Under the pieces are notes generated by a model. It made no database searches. It was not told the DNA's origin and saw nothing but the letters and a program-made list of their open reading frames with translations. DNA of 64,000 nt from NCBI GenBank assembly GCA_946965045.2, contig OX337232.1, forward strand, positions 2,046,001 to 2,110,000, written 5' to 3'. Made by a program: the position numbers and the translations under genes. Numbering within the stretch: the stretch's first letter is position 1; each line of letters begins with the position of its first letter. Source of the DNA: Epithemia pelagica. Lineage: Eukaryota > Protista > Bacillariophyta. This document shows positions 56,401 through 64,000 of this stretch, piece by piece.

Positions 56401-59400
56401 CAAAGAGGTTAACGGTGAGGGTTGCGACCGAAGGGTCGTTTGCATTCGCTACGCAGAAGGACCGTGCGGAGGCTGTTGGAAGTGAGGCTGAGAGAGTGAG
56501 CGAAGTAGCAGAGTTCGGACGACCCGGACCTAGGAAGAGTGTCTTTTCAGGAAATGTCAAAGACGAGGAGGATTCCGAGTTTTCCCCATCCGTAAGCGTC
56601 CGACTAGAAGAAATTGGATTCCGAGAGTTTCTGCAATATGGGCATGGGTATGGAGAACTGTATAAACATCTCGAATTAGAAGTTGATGTTGTGGGATCAA
56701 CACGTGTACTGGTTGTTCGAGATATAGCCGCTGGATCCAACACAGAAGATCAATTAATGGGTCATCTCACTGCATTGACCCTCAAATGCGCAGAGGAAGA
56801 AGCACGGATCCAACAACTTCGCACCATTCAGTCGCAACTTCCAACAGAAAGTGCCGACGGATCGGTGGACGGAGACGTAACTCCTACCCAGTTCAGTGCA
56901 GAGACACTTCGAAACTTGATGTACGACTACCCTGAAGAGAAGAGCATCACCAGGGTTCATCAAATGGTTGTCGAAGTGATTGAAGCCACAGGTTTGAGTC
57001 CGGACAATTATGTCGGCGTCTGTAATCCATACGTTGAGGTATCGCTGAGATCAGGCTCTAATGGACGGACCAACCTGTTCCATGGGACGAAACAATATCA
57101 CAGAACGTACTTCGTGCGAAAATCTGTTAATCCTTGTTGGAATTCTCAGTCTTTTGTTTTTGATATACCACCTGAAGCTGTCACTATCACAAGAGGGCAC
57201 GCGGTGAAGGTGAAAGTGAGGAATTTCCGCAGGATTGGTCGTCATGCTATATTGGGTAGGGCCCAGATTGACCTTCATAGTGTCAAAGGACAAAGTCCAC
57301 TTCTGGGATGGTTTCCTTTAGCTGGACGCACTGGTCGTCGTGAGTTGGAGAACTCTCTTTCACACTGGGGCCGAGGTTCTATCAAGCTGAAAATACACTG
57401 GGTTTATTCCTTTCCAGCGTTGCTTGAGTATTTCTTGCTTCTTTCCGAAGCTCGATTGGCTGATTTATATGAGAGTGTTGAAGGAATGGCTTCGCAAATG
57501 GACAAACGACGAGAAGAAGAACGCAAGAAGCAAGAGCGCATCGATGGTTTTAAAGCAGTTCGAGTGAATGAAGCTCAGGGACACCGGAAGCAAGTAACAC
57601 CCAACAATTTCCAGCCGCGCCTCAGGATTGAGGCCGAAATTTCCAGTTCACAGCGGAGAACCGAGGATGACGCAAGTTTCTTCAACTCTCATGCTGGAGA
57701 CAATAGTCTCGGAGATTCAATTTCGGCAATTGATGTATCTACAACAAGGCGGAACACGCACCGGCATACACCCTCGTTGAGACCTGACGTAGAAGACCAA
57801 ATTTCATTGAAACGGCAAAAGCCTCAGCTGGGATCGCTTGCAGGTTACACAAAGAGGCTAAGCACACAAATGGCTTCCATCGATGCAGTGGGGCAGTCGG
57901 TTTCTATCGGGGCCTTTACTTCATGGACGGAAGCAAAAGTTTTCTTCAATGACGAATCTCTTGATGTACGCTTCGATGGCCAGAACTATGATGTTCGCCT
58001 TCGCCGGAGAACACTAGTCCGACGTAAGGAGCCAGCAGAAGATCCTTCTGAAGAGAGGCAGATAGCGGGGAAACTTCGAGTTCCAGTTGGCTCACCCTCC
58101 TTGGTTGCTCGTTCAGCTCGTGAACACACGTCGAAGTTTGCGAAATCAAGGGCTAGTTTCGAACGTTTTGCCCGTAGTTCTCTTCGAGCGGCATTAAACC
58201 CTGGAGGTTGGCTAACAATCAGGCCTATTCAAGCTCTGAACCTTCCAGATACGTACAATGGAATGTTTGTCAAGGTTCGGTACGGTTCTGAATCTTTCGT
58301 TAGCGACACAGTAGATGCCACAGTTTATCCCACCTGGTTCAAGCCCTCGTCTGAAGGCCGAAGTGAACCAATTAGTCCGGAGACTCTGGAGTATTTCCCG
58401 GGTGACCTCCATATATTTGTACCTCCACAGAAGACAAGTGGTTCTATCCGCCTCTCTGTTGTCGGTGAAGGTCAAGGACAGCGATTGAACACGAAAACTG
58501 AACTTGGTGTCCTTTACATACCGCTTGGAGCTGCGATAACAGCATGTATCGACTCTGTAGAAGAATATTTCGATTGTCACATGGGCGAAAATGGCTCATC
58601 ACCTGTATATCTTCGATGGTTTCCCCTGTCTGATCCGAAAGGAGTTCTACCAGTTGAAGGAGACCGGAGGACTGGTGCTCGCCCCAAAGAGGTGGAGAAA
58701 GATAGCGATCATCTTTTCAATGATTACTTCTCCAAATGCATACAGCTGGCATTCATTTGGTCACCAGAGATCGAACCACCAACCGGTGAAGTTCATGAAT
58801 CGGATGGAGCTGTAGTTGCTGATGACAGCGCAAAACCAGGGACGTCAACTGAAATGGTGCCAAATACTCCAAACATAGACGGGCAAAACGAAGCGACGGA
58901 AGAAGCGAAATTGGACGGTCAAGCTGGAATGGGCACAAACCGCACGAGACTAACGGAACGTCAAACTGAGAAGCCAAATCATTCGGGAATGGTTGAAAAC
59001 TACTTCAATGCAGACATTGGGCAGTTATCGTTTGCTCTCATTGATTCGGATAAAGCAAGAGAGCTTATTTCGGGATGTGTCTGCGACATTGACGTGAGAT
59101 ACTGGGTGACAAAAGCCAAGACACGATTTGGTGTTTCGATAGGATGGTTCCAGCTTGACCAACAAGACGATTATGCACGGGAGCCTGTGATATTGGCACC
59201 TACGCCGTCTGAGTACATTCCAACAGTTCTTCAGATCCTTGCCTTGAAAGACAATCTAAGGAGTAAAAATGACGTGCTGTCATTTGAATTCATCGATTTC
59301 TCAATTGCAGAGTTTGACATCACCTTGGAGGAGACATTGCTCGCTGATGTTGCAGAGTTCCTCAATTCATTGAGACTGCATGGTTCTCTGTCGAGCCGAA

Positions 59401-62400
59401 GCAGCCCCATCGAAGGGACGGTGGAAGATTTGAGCACTCTTGGTGATAGAAAGTCACTTTTCGAAATCGGAAGAGGTTTCCATGAGGTCAAGCCTGAGGA
59501 TTCTTTGATTTCGCTTCTGTCTGAAGGTCATGATGAAATGAAGGGTCGCCAGCGCGTCTACATCGAACAACTTTTTCTTGGCGTTGTGAAATTCAATCTG
59601 TCTTACCTCAAAGGCACGAAAGACACGAGAACTGTTATTGAGGATCAGCTAGGAGCGGTTGGAAGTCGTGTGAATGACGTCGGAGGCCGTGTGTTTGGGA
59701 TGGTTCTTCCCTCATCACACCACGAAGAGTCGGATGTATTCTCCACATGGAGTCAACACACAGCCAATAACTCCGGAGGTAAGTACTTTCGAGCGGTGAG
59801 CGAATTGGATGATCCAGTTTTGCTAAACTTTTTCAAAACCGTTGGTTTCAGGATCTTTCACGTTGCCGTCACTCTTTACAAGCCTCCTGCCGACGGTTTC
59901 AGATGCCCCCGTTCGACTTCAAGGCAAAGCTCTTAATCATGTTTTCGAGAGTCCTAGCGAAATCATACAGAGTATTCGAAAGTTCTACGTCAACGAGGTT
60001 CGTCTATTTTTATCCTCTATGGATGTTGGGTCATGCATGCATCTCACGCTGTTCTTGAATCTTCTTCAACCAGACTCTGAAACAAATCTACAAAATCATT
60101 GGATCCTTGGACTTTGTTGGAAATCCTACCATGCTTTTTACCTCATTTTTATCAGGTTTGAGGGATCTCATTCTGATACCGTCTCAGGCTTTCATCAAAT
60201 CCCCAAATCCATCGAGTGTTGGGCTCGGTTTCGCGCAGGGCACTCTCTCTCTCTTTTCTCATAGTGCCAGCGGATTCTTTGGCTTCACGTCAAAGATTTT
60301 TGCTGCTGCAGGTCAATTTTTGGCATCTCTTTCCTGTGATAGAGACTTCCGTACATGGCACCGTGACAATGTTCTTGCAGAAGCCGGAAATCTCAATAGA
60401 ACATGGAAAAAACGGGGAGTACAAAGCGCGCGCCAGATGATAGTGAGACCTTTGGGAGACATTGCAATAGGTGTTGGATGCGGTTTGGTAGGTGTTGTTC
60501 TTTGTCCCATCAAAGGATATAGAAGGTCTGGGCATATTGGAATTGCAACAGGCATGGCGGCAGGTGTTTTCGGTATACTGTTGAAGCCGGCAGTTGGGGT
60601 TCTCGACGCCCTTTCTCATTTTACGGCATCCATACATGACATTGCAAAGTCAGTGAATGTTCTGGAGAAACGCTTCCAGCCTGCAACAAAATATCGGCTA
60701 CCATACGTCTTCGGGACAAACAAAATCTTGATGACCTTCGATGACGCACAAGCTCGGGCATTCTACCTCCTGAGGCTTTTCCCTTTGAAAACAGGAAAGA
60801 GACATACAGATCCGATTGTCGAAACTTTGGTCCACGTTGAAGTTCTTCATAATATTGGAATTGATACTTATGCGATTGTGACAAGCGCCCGTCTGATACT
60901 GATTCGACTTAAGAAGGGAGCAGGCGGATCATCCGTACCGACGTTGTGCTGGCAAGTGGTCATCGTGGGTGGTGCCAGTGTCTCTTCAAAAGTAGCAGAA
61001 CATGGGCATAATGGTAAGCTTCACGTAAAATTCCCCGTCATGGCTGTCCAAGATCTAACTATACATGTATTTCGCAGGCTTTGCTCTCACCATAACTTTG
61101 AAGAGAAAGACTTCTCTGGAGATTGAAACAGTTGTGGATCGGAATTCAGGTGCTGAATCGCTGGCATTATCGCACGGATCTGGTGGCAGTGACTCGGGAG
61201 TTTCGGATCAACCCATCATCGGCACGGGGACCGAAGAGTTTGGCTATGGCACTAGTCGGGGCGAAGGCGGTGAACTTCTCGAGTGGTTCACTGTAGTGGC
61301 TGAGTATCAGTACCGACGACAGCTTGCCAAATTGCATAATTCAATCTGTTGTGTGGCTGGCAATCTCGACGACGTGATTCACGATCCAACTTTGGGTAGG
61401 TTCGGCAGTCATCAGTTTTATAATGCTTTTGGGATTTACCATTTTGATCAAGGACACCATGAAGACGGAAACGTTTCACCGGTTGGCTATAGCACTACTC
61501 CGCTGAGTAGCTTCCTTGAAGGCTTGCCATGGCGCCTGGACAAGGAATCCAAAATCCTTGAAACTGATCCCGAATGGCTCGCGATAGCCCGTCAGCGAGC
61601 AGCAAATTCTGCACTGGAAGTGTCCACTCCTGTATTGGAGCAGAGCAGTCAAGAAGATTCGCGGCGAACATCAAACTCCGCTCCCGTGGCGGGGCCTGTA
61701 AGAAAGATTGCCCGATGGATTAGAATTGCTAACAGGCTTCCCACTATTGTTGATAGTGAAGACGAAGCTCCGTCTCCTTCAAGAAAGGAAGGAGAGGTTG
61801 ATGATGAAAAACCTAGAACACAGACTGGAAATGAAAAACTGGACCGCGACGACGACCGACAATTAAATGAAGAAAATCTCCTCCCAGCTAGTATGCGCCG
61901 TATGAACCGAAGTCAATCAGTGGATTCCGCGGGTGATGAGTCATTCATGACAGCTACCGAATATGCTCGCAGCGAAATGTTATCGAGTGACGATGACTCT
62001 TTCAGGACTGCTCTTAGGAGTTCTGTCACTGCATCCGGAAGCGAGTCTTTCAACACCGCAATTGGAGCTAGCGGAATATCCGAGATGACCCGTCTAAAGA
62101 GGGTTTCATTCAGCGATTCCTCCACGTCTTTTACCGATAACCATCCCTCGACAGATCCTGATTCTCCGCTACCATTCGTTACTCCACCAAAACAGTCTAT
62201 GCCGACCCGTGGCATATCAGAACAGACCGAAGTACACAGCAACAAAAGTCTGGAAGCTTCTGAGGGCCTCGGCGTCCAGCGCGAAGTAGGTCCTTCAGAC
62301 AACCGTCTTGCACGAATGGAGAATATCATGGAGCAGTTGCTTGTTTTCAGCTCGGAACAGGCACTGCAAAATATGAATACGAGGTTGGCAGCACCGACAA

Positions 62401-62714
62401 CTTTGGGAAACAATCAATCTCTTGTGCAACAGATCAGTAGTTTGCAATCAGAACTGGAACGACAGAACGCGGCTGAACAGAGGGCACACCAAGAAATAGA
62501 GGTGCTTCGGGAACAAGTGTCGAAGCTGACGGAGATGGTTACAAATATCCGATCGCCTATTCCAGAAGCACGTAGTGATATTGTGTCAGCAGGACCACCC
62601 GAAATGGGAAGGAATCAAGGAGGAGCTACAAGCCCTGAACCTGACGTTGGAGAAGAGCTCAGTGATGACCTTGAAGACCTAAATGGGTCGTGGATGAAAG
62701 CCGGAGAAAACTGA
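44415..62714 (+). CDS. VPS13: VPS13-family bulk lipid transport protein, 10 exons, about 5890 aa, with PDZ and two C2 domains
   Basis: Chorein-N start (LESYLEFDSEQLKLGIWSGELSLKDVNLK), WEPLLEP, VAB-type repeats, VPS13-C QIYKIIGSLDFVGNP, ATG2-C-like Gly-rich helices. Introns 48360-48427, 53541-53616, 53968-54033, 54241-54301, 54951-55020, 55650-55722, 59779-59851, 59998-60073 and 61014-61077 are all GT-AG and phase-compatible (17673 nt). Confidence 0.93.
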
Positions 62715-63421
62715 TGAATGACGGAAAAAGTTTATGTAAATACGAAAAGGAACTCTTGCATTGAGTGCAACAGCACTGGAATCGTCTTGTGGAAGGCCGA
62801 GATGTTTTAGATGGAGATGAGAGGACAACTGGAACAATACTCATAGTCGACGTTTATGTATTTCCGGTTAGACTACAAAATAGTTTCACGATTACATTAC
62901 AGTATAGGAGAAGTACACTTTTTCATGAACGGTCGACGCTGTCCGATCCCGATAACTTTGAGCTGCATGATCCAAAGTTCACGCCCCCAAGCCACATGTA
63001 ATTTACAAAACCACATCTATCCATTTCATGTTTGCTTTCCTTATACCACAGCTTAAATCATATGAGCGTTTAGGATAGGACAAAGATCTTTGTCAGTGGT
63101 GGCCTCCAATATCAAGTGCAGCGGTCCGGTTTCACCGATTCACTTGCCCCCAATTGAAGAGAAACCATTGATCAAAACAAGTTAAAGCGTCAAGGGAACA
63201 ACTACCGTTGTTGTGACCCCGAATTTGTCCGTTGAGACGCTTCTACAGCCTTGCTCCTCCAGGAAGGGAACAGGTGAGTGTTTACCGGGTTTCTTCGTCG
63301 CACACGACGGATTTCGATGCGTCGATGTCGTGATTGATACAAGTGACACGAATCCTTGTCTTTGCACACCAATTTGGGCCTCAATGGAAGCTCTTTGGAT
63401 ATGGTTCTTGTTGTATTAGTT

Positions 63422-64000
63422 TCACTTTCTTTTCGTAACCTTTTTGTTATTAACCACAATCCTTGCAACCGGCCCATTCTCTAATCTTTCGGCCGTTACT
63501 TCCCATGGTTTGATTTTAGGCACCTCGGAGAAGGGCCACGGCGTCAAGGGATTTGTGGTGTTTGTCTTGTTTCCCGTTTCGGAATGCCGTTCCAGTAGCC
63601 AGGTGATGGGTTCCCCACCAAGCCATAGGCTCCCATCAGTTTTGAATTCTAATCCGCGACGACACGCCTTGCTGGTAGTCACTTGGTCTTGTTCGCAAAC
63701 TGGTCCATGAATGGCCCATTCCAAGTCTTTACCTTTGTAGTAGAACACCTTGCCGGATTCGACCTGCAAATAGGCATCATCGCAGTGTCCAAAAAGGCTG
63801 TTCAAACCGCATTTGCTCAAGACAATACCAGGAGAAACCACATGTCCAGGTTGTATTGGCGTTGCGACAAACTTGTGGACATAGCTCAGAAAAATGGTAA
63901 CCATGACAACAAGAATGGATGCAAAAACCAAGGATCCACCCAGGTGAACACGACTCTTGGTCACAAAGCTATTGGGAACCTCCTCTCCCTGCGGAACAGT
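63422..64000 (-). CDS. 3' part of a paralog of 26147..28098 (TM helix plus lectin-like domain); runs off right edge
   Basis: TPIQPGHVVSPGIVLSKCGLN...AYLQVESG...GLEFK...LWLGGEPI-x-W...PWPFSE-x-PKIK-x-WE matches the 26 kb gene; frame open to 64000. Confidence 0.88.
   Translation of the reverse strand, partial: TVPQGEEVPNSFVTKSRVHLGGSLVFASILVVMVTIFLSYVHKFVATPIQPGHVVSPGIVLSKCGLNSLFGHCDDAYLQVESGKVFYYKGKDLEWAIHGPVCEQDQVTTSKACRRGLEFKTDGSLWLGGEPITWLLERHSETGNKTNTTNPLTPWPFSEVPKIKPWEVTAERLENGPVARIVVNNKKVTKRK

Overview
Eukaryotic nuclear DNA, most consistent with a diatom. This is inferred from short GT-AG introns, compact gene spacing and CoDi-like copia and diatom-type DDE transposase motifs. Housekeeping genes: 5' part of a G-protein alpha subunit (missed by the ORF track), a divergent ClC-family transporter, RPS29, two tandem type II peroxiredoxins, CSN5, an MDR-family oxidoreductase with a 1-nt frameshift, a PWI/RGG protein, and a 10-exon, about 5890-aa VPS13-like gene with PDZ and two C2 insertions. 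Two accessory blocks stand out. (1) A ~6 kb two-gene DNA transposon (13.3-19.4 kb) whose accessory gene is flanked by arrays of related hairpin motifs. (2) An ~11 kb element (29.05-40.15 kb) with ~650-700 bp imperfect inverted arms carrying CTGGACAA arrays, a Harbinger/IS5-like DDE transposase and three intact accessory ORFs. Its transposase is split by a young, non-autonomous copia LTR element with a 5-bp TSD. Other leads: a RPS29 that has lost 3 of 4 zinc cysteines, a GH50-like domain fused to a large phospho-motif-rich disordered region, a local three-member family with ubiquitin-like and lectin-like domains, and a speculative telomerase-RNA-like locus at 9.86-10.09 kb. All family calls come from motif recognition by eye; no database searches were run.
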